From positions 1 through 59,822 of the forward strand of contig JAWODZ010000110.1 in assembly GCA_046483025.1 (NCBI GenBank): a stretch of 59,822 nt of DNA. Reading direction: 5' to 3'. Under the pieces are notes generated by a model. It did no database searches and was not told the DNA's origin. It was given only the letters and a program-made list of their open reading frames with translations. Shown here one piece after another: positions 44,018-54,615 of the stretch. Source of the stretch: a bacterium (GTDB lineage Bacteria; Zhuqueibacterota; QNDG01; CAYUAG01). Position numbers and translations under genes: made by a program. Position 1 is the first letter of the stretch. Every line of letters starts with the position of its first letter.

Positions 44018-44091
44018 GGGCGATTAGCTCAGGTGGTTAGAGTGCTTGCTTGACATGCAAGAGGTCACTGGTTCAAGTCCAGTATCGCCCA
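44018..44091 (+). tRNA. tRNA-Val (anticodon GAC)
   Basis: 74-nt cloverleaf. Acceptor GGGCGAT/ATCGCCC, D stem GCTC/GAGT, anticodon stem CTTGC/GCAAG with loop TTGACAT, T arm ACTGG-TTCAAGT-CCAGT. CCA is not encoded. Confidence 0.9.
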
Positions 44092-44143
44092 CTATGTAGA
44101 ATTACATTTTTTAGTTAAAGCAGTTAAAGGAATAAATAATTAT

Positions 44144-46063
44144 TTGAGTAAAATAAATATACAATTTACAAATGGAAAAGAGGGGACATATAAAAAGGGA
44201 ATCAGATTAAATAACATATTAGAAGATCTTTTTCCTAATACCTTTAGAGATTATATTGCAGCCAGGATAGATGATAAATTAGTAGATTTATCAACCCCTT
44301 TAGAGCAAGATTCAACACTTCATTTATTAACTTGCCAGGATGAACAAGGCCTTAAAGTATTTTGGCATAGTGCTTCCCATATTTTGGCTGCAGCAGTAAA
44401 AATTTTATACCCTGAGGTACAATTAGGGATTGGACCTGCTATATCAAATGGATTTTATTATGACTTTAAATTTCAGGAAAACATCAGTATAAATGATTTT
44501 CCGGAAATTGAAAATAAAATGCAGGAAATTGTAAACAACAATGATCATTTTGAAAGAAAAACAGTTACTAAACAAGAAGCAATATCTATTTTTAAAAATC
44601 GGAATGAACACTTTAAAATTGAATTAATAAATGATTTAGAAAATAATTCAGTTAGTCTATATTCCAATGGAAATTTTATAGATCTTTGCCGTGGACCGCA
44701 TGTACCCTCAAGCGGATATATTAAGTTTTTCAAACTTTCAAGTCTTGCTGGAGCATATTGGCATGGAGATGAAAGAAACCCCATGATGCAGAGAATATAT
44801 GGAATTGCCTATCCTGAAAACAAAACCTTGAAAAAACACATTAAATCCATTGAAGATGCTAAGAAACGAGATCATCGTAAATTAGGGAAAAAGCTAAACT
44901 TATTTAGTTTCCACGAAGAGGCGCCAGGGTTTCCGTTTTGGCATAATAACGGAATGATAATCATTAATGAAATTGTTAATTATGTTCGTATTATCTTAAG
45001 AAAACACGGATATCTTGAAGTTAAAACTCCCATGATTTTAAATGAGGATCTGTGGCATAAAAGTGGTCATTGGGAAAACTATAAAAATAATATGTATTTC
45101 ACTGAAATTGATGAAAAAAATTATGCCATTAAACCCATGAATTGTCCGGGTGGATTATTGATATACAATGAAAACTTACATTCTTTTCGTGAACTTCCCT
45201 TAAAATATTCTGAACTTGGCATTGTTCACAGACATGAAAAATCCGGTGTTCTACATGGTCTATTCCGAGTGCGTCAATTTACTCAGGATGATGCTCATGT
45301 ATTTTGCACTCCGGATCAGTTAACAGATGAAATAGATAAACTTATTGATCTGGTGTATGAAATATACAATACTTTTGGTTTTTCTGAATTTTTGGTTGAA
45401 CTTTCCACCAAACCGTCAAAATCAATCGGTACTGATGAAATGTGGGAAAGAGCAGAAACAGCATTGGCAAGTTCTCTGCAACACAAAAAAATCACTTATC
45501 AGTTAAATAAAGGTGAAGGGGCTTTTTACGGGCCTAAAATTGATTTTCATATAAAAGATTCCTTAGAAAGAATGTGGCAATGCGGAACTATTCAGGTTGA
45601 TTTCTCTATGCCGGAACGATTCAATCTTGAATATGTTGGGTCCGATGGCAACAAACATCGACCTGTTTTAGTGCACCGTGCTATTTTAGGATCTGTAGAA
45701 AGGTTTATTGGTATTCTTATTGAACATTATGAGGGTAATTTCCCGGTATGGCTATCACCTGAACAATGCAGATTAATACCAGTGAGTGAAGACCATCGAA
45801 GTTATGCTGATACTGTTAGTTTAAGATTAGTTGAACATAATATCAGATGCACAGTTGATAATAGAGATGAAAAAGTCGGGTATAAAATCAGATCAGCAGA
45901 AAATCAGAAAATCCCTTATATGTGCATTGTGGGCGATAAAGAGATTAATGACAAAACAGTTTCTTTGAGAAAAAAGAAAAAAGGTAATTTAGGAGAAATC
46001 AAAGTAAATGCGTTGATTAAAGAAATAACACAACATATTAAAAGGAGGACTAATAATCGGTAA
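44144..46063 (+). CDS. thrS: threonine--tRNA ligase
   Basis: 639 aa with a TTG start. Class II motif HRHEKSGVLHGLFRVRQFTQDDAH, plus TGS and editing N-terminal domains. Confidence 0.92.
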   Translation: MSKINIQFTNGKEGTYKKGIRLNNILEDLFPNTFRDYIAARIDDKLVDLSTPLEQDSTLHLLTCQDEQGLKVFWHSASHILAAAVKILYPEVQLGIGPAISNGFYYDFKFQENISINDFPEIENKMQEIVNNNDHFERKTVTKQEAISIFKNRNEHFKIELINDLENNSVSLYSNGNFIDLCRGPHVPSSGYIKFFKLSSLAGAYWHGDERNPMMQRIYGIAYPENKTLKKHIKSIEDAKKRDHRKLGKKLNLFSFHEEAPGFPFWHNNGMIIINEIVNYVRIILRKHGYLEVKTPMILNEDLWHKSGHWENYKNNMYFTEIDEKNYAIKPMNCPGGLLIYNENLHSFRELPLKYSELGIVHRHEKSGVLHGLFRVRQFTQDDAHVFCTPDQLTDEIDKLIDLVYEIYNTFGFSEFLVELSTKPSKSIGTDEMWERAETALASSLQHKKITYQLNKGEGAFYGPKIDFHIKDSLERMWQCGTIQVDFSMPERFNLEYVGSDGNKHRPVLVHRAILGSVERFIGILIEHYEGNFPVWLSPEQCRLIPVSEDHRSYADTVSLRLVEHNIRCTVDNRDEKVGYKIRSAENQKIPYMCIVGDKEINDKTVSLRKKKKGNLGEIKVNALIKEITQHIKRRTNNR

Positions 46064-46574
46064 AATTAATCTTAAAAAGATACGGGTAAACAATAAAATA
46101 AAAGCTCCAAAGGTGCGTCTTATCGATCCCGATGGCAGTCAAATTGGGGTTGTTGATATCCAACAGGCCCAGAAACAAGCTGATGAATTTAATCTTGATC
46201 TGGTAGAAGTAGTGCCTCATTCAAAACCCCCTGTATGTAAAATAATGGATTTTGGAAAGTTTAGATATCAACAGCAAAAAAAAGAAAAAAAGAGTAAGAA
46301 GAAACAGCATGTTATACATAATAAAGAATTAAGGATGCATCCCAATATCGAAGAACATGATATACAATTCAAATTAAAAAAAGCAAAGGATTTCCTTGAA
46401 AAAGGAGATCACCTTAAAATAAGAATTAATTTCCGAGGAAGACAAATATTGCATCCTGAATTGGGGGAAGCATTAATTGAAAGAATAAAAAGTGAACTTT
46501 CTGATATTGCTAAAGTGAGTAAAAAACCTACACGAGAAGGAAAAAGTTTCATTATTACTTTTATACCTAAATAG
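46053..46574 (+). CDS. infC: translation initiation factor IF-3, non-AUG start (exact start uncertain: ATA 46053 or ATC 46056)
   Basis: The conserved IF-3 N-terminus ([29 protein letters not shown]) lies upstream of the ORF track's GTG 46113. The frame opens after TAA 46050-46052. An AAGGAGG at 46041-46047 sits 5-8 nt before ATA/ATC. Confidence 0.8.
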   Translation: MIGKINLKKIRVNNKIKAPKVRLIDPDGSQIGVVDIQQAQKQADEFNLDLVEVVPHSKPPVCKIMDFGKFRYQQQKKEKKSKKKQHVIHNKELRMHPNIEEHDIQFKLKKAKDFLEKGDHLKIRINFRGRQILHPELGEALIERIKSELSDIAKVSKKPTREGKSFIITFIPK

Positions 46575-46587
46575 GGAGAATGTTTTC

Positions 46588-46782
46588 ATGCCGAAAATAA
46601 AAACAAATAGAGGAGCAGCAAAACGATTTACTTTAACCAAAAATAACAAAGTAAAAAGAAATAAGGCAAATAAAAGTCATATTCTGACAAAAAAAAATGC
46701 CGATCGAAAACGTCACTTACGTAAATCGACCATAGCAACATTAGGTGACGCAAAGCGTATTAAAAAAATGTTAGGTACTTAA
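46588..46782 (+). CDS. rpmI: 50S ribosomal protein L35
   Basis: 64 aa with the [15 protein letters not shown]-terminus. Confidence 0.92.
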   Translation: MPKIKTNRGAAKRFTLTKNNKVKRNKANKSHILTKKNADRKRHLRKSTIATLGDAKRIKKMLGT

Positions 46783-46809
46783 ATAATGTTAAAAAATTAG
46801 AGGTGAAGG

Positions 46810-47157
46810 ATGCCAAGAGCAAAAAACACTGTGGCTTCACATAGAAGAAAAAAGAAAATATTCAAAGCTGCAAAAGGTTATCGCGGCGGAAAAAGCAAAT
46901 TACTGAGAACTGCAAAAGATAGTGTTGAAAAGTCTTTACAATATTCATATAGAGACAGAAGAGTACGGAGAAGAGAAATACGTAAACTCTGGATCACCAG
47001 AATAAATGCAGCAGTAAGACCTCTGGGATTTAGTTATTCAAAATTCATCAACCATTTAAAAACAAATAAGATTAGATTAAATCGTAAGGTATTGGCTGAT
47101 ATTGCAGTAAAAGATCCGGAAACTTTTGAGAAAATAGTTAAAGATGTTCAAGCCTGA
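46810..47157 (+). CDS. rplT: 50S ribosomal protein L20
   Basis: 115 aa starting MPRAKNTVASHRRKKKIFKAAKGYRG. Confidence 0.92.
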   Translation: MPRAKNTVASHRRKKKIFKAAKGYRGGKSKLLRTAKDSVEKSLQYSYRDRRVRRREIRKLWITRINAAVRPLGFSYSKFINHLKTNKIRLNRKVLADIAVKDPETFEKIVKDVQA

Positions 47158-48179
47158 TGAGTTCTGTTGAATTAAAAAAGCAGGTTAGAAAACTTAAAGT
47201 TGCTTTTAATCATGATATCCGGCAGGTAGATGATTTATCCAAATTTGAATCGGTAAGAATTAAATATCTGGGAAGAAAAGGCGAAATATCCAACATCTTT
47301 AAAAAGATGGGGGAAGTAAAGGCAGAGGATAAACGAGAGACCGGAAAATTAATTAATGAGATAAAAAATTATATACAAAAAACTCTTGCGGAATACCACT
47401 CCAAACTTTCTCAAAAAACAGAAAAGAAGGAATTTTTTGATTATACTCTGCCAGGTGACCAGCCTTTTACAGGCAGATACCATCCTTTAACCATTGTAAC
47501 CCGGAAAATAAAGGACTGTTTTAAAAAAATGGGGTTTTCTATTGCTCAGGGGCCGGAAGTGGAATCAGAATATTATAATTTTGAAGCCTTGAACATCCCT
47601 CAGGGTCATCCTGCCCGGGACATGCAGGATACATTTTTTGTAAAGGGAGGCCATGTACTGCGAACTCATACCTCACCTGTACAAATAAGGGTTATGGAAA
47701 AACAGAAACCACCTCTCAGAATCATCGCACCCGGACGATGTTATCGTAAAGATACACCAGACTCCACCCATTCTCCTGTTTTCCAGCAGGTAGAAGGGCT
47801 TTGTGTTGATGAGGGAATAACCTTTGCCGACTTAAAAGGAGTTATACTAAATTTTGCCAAATCTTTGTTAGGATCGGATGCTAAAATAAGATTTCGTCCC
47901 AGTTTTTTCCCTTTTACCGAACCCAGTGCTGAATATGATTTTTCATGTGCAATGTGTAAGGGAAGGGGATGTAAAATTTGTAAACAAACAGGGTGGATTG
48001 AAATTTCCGGTGCCGGAATGGTCAATCCAAGGGTACTTGAATTTGTAAATTATGACACAGAAAAGTATACTGGTTATGCTTTTGGTATGGGAATTGAAAG
48101 AATTGCAATGCTTCTTTATGAAATAGATGACATAAGATTGTTTTATGAAAATGATGTACGATTTCTTAATCAATTTTAA
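47157..48179 (+). CDS. pheS: phenylalanine--tRNA ligase alpha subunit
   Basis: 340 aa with motifs FRPSFFPFTEPSAE and GWIEISGAGMV. The start overlaps the rplT stop (TGATG). Confidence 0.92.
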   Translation: MSSVELKKQVRKLKVAFNHDIRQVDDLSKFESVRIKYLGRKGEISNIFKKMGEVKAEDKRETGKLINEIKNYIQKTLAEYHSKLSQKTEKKEFFDYTLPGDQPFTGRYHPLTIVTRKIKDCFKKMGFSIAQGPEVESEYYNFEALNIPQGHPARDMQDTFFVKGGHVLRTHTSPVQIRVMEKQKPPLRIIAPGRCYRKDTPDSTHSPVFQQVEGLCVDEGITFADLKGVILNFAKSLLGSDAKIRFRPSFFPFTEPSAEYDFSCAMCKGRGCKICKQTGWIEISGAGMVNPRVLEFVNYDTEKYTGYAFGMGIERIAMLLYEIDDIRLFYENDVRFLNQF

Positions 48180-48187
48180 GGTGAGAT

Positions 48188-50578
48188 ATGAAAGTAAGCC
48201 TGAATTGGCTTAAAACCTACATAGATTATGATTGTTCTCCTGCTCAATTAGCAGAAAAATTAACCATGGCAGGTTTGGAAGTTGAAAATATAACATCCGG
48301 GGGAACAGTATTTAAAAATATCATTGTTGGTGATATAGCTAAAGTAAAAAACCATCCTAATGCTGATAAATTAAAAATTTGTACAGTTGATATCGGAAAT
48401 AAGAAAGTTTCAGTAATTTGCGGAGCAAAAAATGTAAGAGACACACAAAGAGTTCCGGTAGCAGTTACAGGTTCTATTTTAGCAGATGGCACAGAAATTA
48501 AACACGTTAAATTGCGTGGTGTAACCTCGGAAGGAATGATATGCTCAGAACGAGAATTAGGTATCAGTGATAATCATGAGGGCATCATGGTTCTTCCTAA
48601 ATCCGAATATAGGGTAGGGGAGGAGTTCATAAAAAATTCTTACCATGATACAATTTTCGATATTGATGTAACCCCAAATCGGCCAGATTGTTTAAGCCAT
48701 ATCGGAGTTGCACGTGAAATAGGTGTTATTGTCAATAACAAATTAAAAAAACCAACTGTTTCTTTAAAAGAATCAAAAAATTCTGCTTTAAAGTCCATAA
48801 AAATACATATACACGATATCACTGCCTGTCCTCGTTACAGTGCTCGAGTGATCAGAAATGTTGTAATTAAGGATTCCCCTCAATGGTTAAAAAACTATCT
48901 TAAGAGTGTTGGTATCCGCAGTATTAACAATGTAGTTGATATTACAAATTATGTTCTAATGGAGACAGGACATCCGTTACATGCTTTTGATTATGATTTA
49001 ATTGAGAACTCAGAAATTCATGTTAGAAAAGCATCTCCACAAGAAAAATTTACGACCCTGGATGATGTTGAACGTTCATTAGATGAAAACGATTTATTGA
49101 TCTGTGATGGGGAAAAAGGTGTAGCTCTGGCCGGAGTTATGGGTGGATATAATTCTGAGATTTCCCGGGAAACAAAGAATATACTTTTGGAAAGCGCATA
49201 TTTTGATCCCTATACAATTAGAAAAACCTCAAAGAAATTTGCATTGTTTACTGAATCTTCTCAAAGATTTGAAAGAGGAGCTGATCCCAATAATACAATT
49301 TATGCTGTAGATCGCGCATCTCAGTTATTACAAGAACTGGCTCACGGATCTGTGGAAAAAGATGTTGTCGACATATATCCTCAAAAAATTGAGTGTGTAG
49401 AAATTAAATTACGGTTTTCCAGAATAAATCAACTCATAGGTCAGGAAATTCCTAAAGATATTATTCTGAGAATCTTAAAGGGACTGGAACTTACAATAAT
49501 TGAACAAAAAGAAAAACACATTAAGTTACAAATTCCTACTTTCAGACCGGATTTAAACCGAGAATGTGATCTAATTGAAGAAATTGCTCGACATTATGGA
49601 TATAACAATATTAAATCAAATATGTACTCCAATATTGCTCTTAGTTATACCAAAGATGAATATTATGATGATATTGAAACAGTAAGGGATTATTTTGTTG
49701 GACAGGGTTTTTTTGAAATAATTTCTCATACTCTTGTTCCCAAAAAACATATAGAAATCTTTGATAATCAAAATGTGGTTCAATTAGAGAATCCTTTGAG
49801 TCCGGAAACTACATTCCTGAGAAATTCAAGCATACCATCAATGTTAGATACTATCCAATGGAATATTAATAGATCCCAAAATAATTTACGATTTTTTGAA
49901 ATTGGCCGTAAATTTATTTCACAAAAAAAGACTCTCCCAATTGAAAAAACTGATATTATCTGTGCTCTGACTGGATTTAAAAAAAGGATACCATTATGGA
50001 ATAATGAAGAAAATAATAATGTAGATTTTTATCAATTAAAAGGTACTATAGAATCTTTTTTTGACTATTTTCATATACAGGATTATTCTTTTACAGTACA
50101 TAAAATACCTTTTTTTGCAACTAATTATTCCTACGCAATTGAAATAAATCAAAAAATTTCTGGACATATGGGAAAAATTTCCTCAGAAATCCAAAAAAAA
50201 TGGGATTTTAAGCAAGCTGTGTATCTATTCGAACTTGATTTTAAAAATTTTCGTCAATGCATTGATAAACAATTAATGTATTCTCCTATTCCAAAATTTC
50301 CTCCTATAATTCGTGATTTATCAGTTATTATAGATAAAAAAATCTTAAGCGAAGATATACAGCAATATATAGTAAATAAAGGAGGTAAATATTTAAAACA
50401 GGCAGAAATATTTGATATTTATCGGGGAGAAGGTATACCTAATGGTAAAAAAAGTATTACTTTTAATTTGAAGTTCTTATCAGAAAAAAGAACACTGACA
50501 GAAAACGAAATAGATCCGATTTTCGATGAACTCGTAAGAGCTTTAAAAAATAAATTTTCTGCTTCACTGAGAACATAA
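48188..50578 (+). CDS. pheT: phenylalanine--tRNA ligase beta subunit
   Basis: 796 aa. N-terminal tRNA-binding domain (VGDIAKVKNHPNADKLKICTVD), B3/4 and B5 domains, and a C-terminal FDX-ACB domain. Confidence 0.92.
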   Translation: MKVSLNWLKTYIDYDCSPAQLAEKLTMAGLEVENITSGGTVFKNIIVGDIAKVKNHPNADKLKICTVDIGNKKVSVICGAKNVRDTQRVPVAVTGSILADGTEIKHVKLRGVTSEGMICSERELGISDNHEGIMVLPKSEYRVGEEFIKNSYHDTIFDIDVTPNRPDCLSHIGVAREIGVIVNNKLKKPTVSLKESKNSALKSIKIHIHDITACPRYSARVIRNVVIKDSPQWLKNYLKSVGIRSINNVVDITNYVLMETGHPLHAFDYDLIENSEIHVRKASPQEKFTTLDDVERSLDENDLLICDGEKGVALAGVMGGYNSEISRETKNILLESAYFDPYTIRKTSKKFALFTESSQRFERGADPNNTIYAVDRASQLLQELAHGSVEKDVVDIYPQKIECVEIKLRFSRINQLIGQEIPKDIILRILKGLELTIIEQKEKHIKLQIPTFRPDLNRECDLIEEIARHYGYNNIKSNMYSNIALSYTKDEYYDDIETVRDYFVGQGFFEIISHTLVPKKHIEIFDNQNVVQLENPLSPETTFLRNSSIPSMLDTIQWNINRSQNNLRFFEIGRKFISQKKTLPIEKTDIICALTGFKKRIPLWNNEENNNVDFYQLKGTIESFFDYFHIQDYSFTVHKIPFFATNYSYAIEINQKISGHMGKISSEIQKKWDFKQAVYLFELDFKNFRQCIDKQLMYSPIPKFPPIIRDLSVIIDKKILSEDIQQYIVNKGGKYLKQAEIFDIYRGEGIPNGKKSITFNLKFLSEKRTLTENEIDPIFDELVRALKNKFSASLRT

Positions 50579-50601
50579 GTAACCATAAAAACAGGATAAT
50601 T

Positions 50602-50880
50602 ATGGATATAGAAAAATTTGAAATCCTTGAACAAAAAATTTTAAAACTTATTACACGTTTAAGTGAATTAGAAATGGAGAATAATGATTTAAAACAAAAA
50701 TGTAAACAATTGCTAGCAAAAATTGATGATAAGGAAAATATGATTCAACAGTTAAAAGTTAATAATAAAACGAGTATTCAAATGCAAAACGAAATTGAAA
50801 ACTATAAAAATAATGAAAATAAAGTAAAATCAAAAGTTGAAAATTTACTCATTAAATTAAAAGAGTTTGATGAGTTTTAA
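50602..50880 (+). CDS. zapB: ZapB-like coiled-coil cell-division protein
   Basis: 92-aa coiled coil. The N-terminus FEILEQKILKLITRLSELEMENNDLKQK resembles ZapB, and the gene sits directly upstream of zapA. Confidence 0.5.
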   Translation: MDIEKFEILEQKILKLITRLSELEMENNDLKQKCKQLLAKIDDKENMIQQLKVNNKTSIQMQNEIENYKNNENKVKSKVENLLIKLKEFDEF

Positions 50881-50941
50881 TGAATATGCAATAATTATTT
50901 CAGGTGATAAAAGAGATAATATCATTTTAAGTTAGAATACA

Positions 50942-51241
50942 ATGACTGATAATATGAAAACAATAAAAATAAGAATTTTTGGAAGTGAATATATAATTCG
51001 GAGTGAGGAAAAAACTGAAAGAATTAAAGAAGTAGCCAGTTATGTTGATAAAAAAATTCGTGAAATTGATAATCAGGTTCGTGTTGACTCTTCTTTGAAA
51101 GTTACAATTCTGGCTTGTATTAATATTACTGGTGAGTATTTTGCTGAAAAGGAAAAAAACGAGAAGCTTCGAATTAAGCTGCAGGAAAAAATGAATAAAA
51201 TTAATTCATTATTAGATAAAAAATTATCAGAAACAAAATAA
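50942..51241 (+). CDS. zapA: cell division protein ZapA
   Basis: 99 aa. IRIFGSEYIIRSEE...ASYVDKKIREI...TILACINITGEYF fits the ZapA pattern. Confidence 0.72.
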   Translation: MTDNMKTIKIRIFGSEYIIRSEEKTERIKEVASYVDKKIREIDNQVRVDSSLKVTILACINITGEYFAEKEKNEKLRIKLQEKMNKINSLLDKKLSETK

Positions 51242-51344
51242 AATTTTTTTATTTGTATATTTTCTTTATCTCTTTCATTTATTCACCTGTGAATTACAGA
51301 ACTCTTGCCTATTACAGTACTTTTGATTTAGCATAGGAGGAAAA

Positions 51345-52907
51345 ATGGATTCAACTATATTATTATTGGTGATCTTGATTCCAAGTTTTATGATGTTTTT
51401 ACTTGGGTGGTTTCTCAACAGTAAAATCGGACAGGGTAAAGTTGCAAATGCTGAAAAATTATCCGCAAAAATTGTTTCTGAAGCAGAAAAAGAAGCTGAA
51501 TCAATAAAAAACAAAAGAATTCTCGAAGCAAGGGATGAATGGTACAGAGAAAAACAAAAATTTGAAAATGACACTAGAGAAAAACGACGTGATATTGAAG
51601 CACGCTTTAAAAAGGTTTCCCAAAGGGAAAGTGATACTGATAAAAGGGTGAATCACCTTAAACAACTGGAAAAAGATTTTAAAATAAAGGAAAATAATTT
51701 AAAACAAGAAACTCTCAAGGTTGAAGAAAAAAATAATGAATTAAATGAATTAATTAATAAACAAAATATTAAATTACAAAAGATATCCGGTATGACTAAC
51801 AAAGAGGCTATAGAAGAACTGAAAAAAAGCCTTTTGGATACCGCAAAACAGGAAGCTGCTCAGTTAATTAAGAATATAAAAGAAAAAGCAAAAATGAAAG
51901 CAAATCAGGATGCCAAAGAGATTATTATTCAGGCAATTCAACGTACAGCAGCTGATCATTCTGCAGAAACTACTGTTTCAGTGGTTCATTTACCTAATGA
52001 TGAGATGAAAGGCAGGATAATTGGACGTGAAGGAAGAAATATCAGAGCCTTTGAGAATTTAACCGGTATTGATGTTATTGTTGATGATACCCCTGATGCA
52101 GTGATACTATCCGGGTTTGCTCCCTATCGTCGTGAAATTGCCAAACGATCTCTGGAAAAATTAATATCGGACGGGCGCATTCATCCCGGAAGAATTGAAG
52201 ATATTATAAACAAAACCACCAAAGAACTTGAAGGAGAAATCGTCACTGTTGGGGAACAGGCTATGATGGATACAGGTATCCATGGACTTCATCCTCAATT
52301 GGTTAAACTCCTGGGTAAGTTAAAATTCAGGACAAGTTATGGACAAAATGTATTACAACACAGTATTGAAGTTGCCAAGTTGTCAGGATTAATGGCCTCA
52401 GAACTTCAATTGGATGCTGTAGTAGCTAAACGAGCAGGACTTTTGCATGATATTGGAAAAGCAATAGATTATGATACTGAGGGAACTCATTATCAATTAG
52501 GCTATGAACTGGCAAAAAAATATGGTGAAGGACCAATTGTGCAAAATGCAATACAAGCACATCATGATGAGGGGGAGATGACTTCACCAATCTCGGCATT
52601 AGTACAAGCTGCAGACGCAATTTCTGGTTCCAGACCAGGAGCGAGAAGAGAAACACTGGAAGGGTATATCAAAAGATTGGAAAAACTTGAAAACATTGCA
52701 GAATCTTTTAATGGTGTTTCAAAAACTTATGCCATTCAAGCTGGCAGAGAAATAAGAGTTCTGGTACAGCCGGAAGATATAAATGATGCCTTATCTGATC
52801 AAATGGCAACCGAGATTGCTCAAAAGATCCAAGATGAAATGGAGTATCCAGGTCAGATACGAGTAACTGTTATTCGGGAATACAGGGCGGTTGATTATGC
52901 AAAGTAA
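51345..52907 (+). CDS. rny: ribonuclease Y
   Basis: 520 aa. N-terminal TM helix, long coiled coil, KH domain ([16 protein letters not shown]) and HD domain (LLHDIGKA). Confidence 0.92.
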   Translation: MDSTILLLVILIPSFMMFLLGWFLNSKIGQGKVANAEKLSAKIVSEAEKEAESIKNKRILEARDEWYREKQKFENDTREKRRDIEARFKKVSQRESDTDKRVNHLKQLEKDFKIKENNLKQETLKVEEKNNELNELINKQNIKLQKISGMTNKEAIEELKKSLLDTAKQEAAQLIKNIKEKAKMKANQDAKEIIIQAIQRTAADHSAETTVSVVHLPNDEMKGRIIGREGRNIRAFENLTGIDVIVDDTPDAVILSGFAPYRREIAKRSLEKLISDGRIHPGRIEDIINKTTKELEGEIVTVGEQAMMDTGIHGLHPQLVKLLGKLKFRTSYGQNVLQHSIEVAKLSGLMASELQLDAVVAKRAGLLHDIGKAIDYDTEGTHYQLGYELAKKYGEGPIVQNAIQAHHDEGEMTSPISALVQAADAISGSRPGARRETLEGYIKRLEKLENIAESFNGVSKTYAIQAGREIRVLVQPEDINDALSDQMATEIAQKIQDEMEYPGQIRVTVIREYRAVDYAK

Positions 52908-53700
52908 TCCATCACATATTACTATTGTTTTTATAGCAGACATCGTTGGAAAACCAGGACTTACGGCAACAGCAAATGCAATGAATAGAATTATTGATAC
53001 CTATAATCCGGATTTAATTATTGCAAATGGAGAAAATAGTGCCTCGGGTAAAGGACTAACTGAAAAAATTGCTCATCAAATTTTTGAACTTGGGATAAAT
53101 ATCATTACCAGCGGTAATCATATTTGGAATAAAAGCAAAGTTTTTCCCTTACTGGATACAAATCCTTTCATATTAAGACCATTGAATTATCCGCCTAATG
53201 TGCCAGGCCATGGTTCCTGTATTTATGAATTTGATTCCGAAAATAAACTTGCGATTTTAAATCTTCAGGGACGAACCTTTATGCAATCTATTGATTGTCC
53301 TTTCCGGAGTATTGATAAGGAAATAAAAAAGTTAAAAAAGAAAGGTGTCAAATCAATTTTTGTTGATTTTCATGCAGAGGCTACTGCAGAAAAAATAGCT
53401 ATGGGATGGTATCTGGACGGCCGGGTAAGTGCAGTTATTGGTACACATACCCATGTTCAGACAGCAGATGAGAAAATACTTCCAAAAGGCACAGCATATA
53501 TAACGGATGTGGGAATGACTGGTTCTACAGATTCTGTAATCGGCATGGACAAAGAAATTGCTCTAAACAGATTTATCAGGCAGATACCATTTTATTATAA
53601 AATTGCTGCAAATGAAAATAATCTGGAATTCTGTGGTGTAGCAATTTCAATTAATTTAGACACATCATTTGCAAATTCTATTGAAAGATTTATATTATAA
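52897..53700 (+). CDS. ymdB: YmdB-family metallophosphoesterase (TIGR00282)
   Basis: Motifs [22 protein letters not shown] and [11 protein letters not shown]. It overlaps the rny stop, and the rny-ymdB pairing is conserved. Confidence 0.85.
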   Translation: MQSNPSHITIVFIADIVGKPGLTATANAMNRIIDTYNPDLIIANGENSASGKGLTEKIAHQIFELGINIITSGNHIWNKSKVFPLLDTNPFILRPLNYPPNVPGHGSCIYEFDSENKLAILNLQGRTFMQSIDCPFRSIDKEIKKLKKKGVKSIFVDFHAEATAEKIAMGWYLDGRVSAVIGTHTHVQTADEKILPKGTAYITDVGMTGSTDSVIGMDKEIALNRFIRQIPFYYKIAANENNLEFCGVAISINLDTSFANSIERFIL

Positions 53701-53721
53701 ATACACCATTCGGAGATTTAT

Positions 53722-54615
53722 ATGAGCAAAATTATTGATGGAAAAAAAATATCAAGGATTATAAAGGATGAACTCAAGCTAGAAGTGAGCAGACTAAAAC
53801 AAAAAAATATTATACCACATTTATCAGTTATTTTGGTAGGTGATAATGACGCTTCCAAAATTTATGTAAATATGAAACAAAAGGCATGTAAGAAAGTAGG
53901 CATTATCTCTGAAACAATAAAACTAAAAGATTCAGTTTCTGAAAAAACATTGTTACAAAAAATTGATACTTTGAATAAAAATCCTGAAATTCATGGAATT
54001 TTAGTACAGCTTCCATTACCGTCTCATATAAATGAATCATCTGTAATTGAAAGAATAACCCCGGAAAAAGATGTTGATGGATTTCATCCAACTAACCTGG
54101 GCAGGTTAGTTATTGATGCTGGACATACTTTTATACCTGCAACTCCATATGGCATTATAGAACTTTTGTCCAGATATAATATTACAATTGAAGGTAAGCA
54201 TGTTGTCATTTTAGGAAGAAGTAATATTGTAGGAAAACCCCTGGGACTTCTTTTTTTAAGAAAAAATAATATGGGTAATGCTACAGTTACTTTTTGTCAT
54301 TCACGGACAAAAAATTTATCGTCAATAACAAAAACAGCAGATATACTTGTTGCTGCAATGGGTAAAGCAGAATTCATAAAAAAAAATATGGTTAAATCCG
54401 GTGTTATAGTTATTGATGTTGGAATTAATAGGGTGGAGGATGCAAGCAAGAAAAGAGGATATCGATTAGTCGGTGATGTTGATTTCAATCAGGTAAGTAA
54501 AATATCATCGTTAATAACACCTGTACCTGGTGGTGTTGGTCCTATGACTATTGCTATGTTATTAAAAAATACAACCATTTCAGCAAAAAAGAATTCATTT
54601 AAGAATGGAAAATAA
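53722..54615 (+). CDS. folD: bifunctional methylenetetrahydrofolate dehydrogenase/methenyl-THF cyclohydrolase
   Basis: 297 aa with motifs ILVQLPLP, DVDGFHP, ATPYGIIELL and PVPGGVGPMT. Confidence 0.92.
   Translation: MSKIIDGKKISRIIKDELKLEVSRLKQKNIIPHLSVILVGDNDASKIYVNMKQKACKKVGIISETIKLKDSVSEKTLLQKIDTLNKNPEIHGILVQLPLPSHINESSVIERITPEKDVDGFHPTNLGRLVIDAGHTFIPATPYGIIELLSRYNITIEGKHVVILGRSNIVGKPLGLLFLRKNNMGNATVTFCHSRTKNLSSITKTADILVAAMGKAEFIKKNMVKSGVIVIDVGINRVEDASKKRGYRLVGDVDFNQVSKISSLITPVPGGVGPMTIAMLLKNTTISAKKNSFKNGK

Noticed and set aside
44092-44143. T-box leader or attenuator upstream of thrS, and a weak ATGTA/TACAT hairpin with a T-run after tRNA-Val
   Set aside because: 52 nt is far too short for a T-box. 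The 5-bp all-AT-rich stem is too weak to call a terminator with confidence.
43958-44143. tRNA-Val as the attachment site of an integrated island carrying signalling locus B
   Set aside because: No integrase, no phage or conjugation genes, and no visible direct repeat of the tRNA 3' end. The flanking genes on both sides are ordinary chromosomal genes.
46113-46115. GTG 46113 as the infC start, as in the ORF track
   Set aside because: It would delete the conserved N-terminal segment of IF-3 that is encoded in frame upstream. See the infC feature and finding.
51242-51344. 6S RNA (ssrS) downstream of zapA, as in E. coli
   Set aside because: The gap is only about 100 nt, against about 180 nt for 6S RNA, and it shows no extended imperfect duplex.
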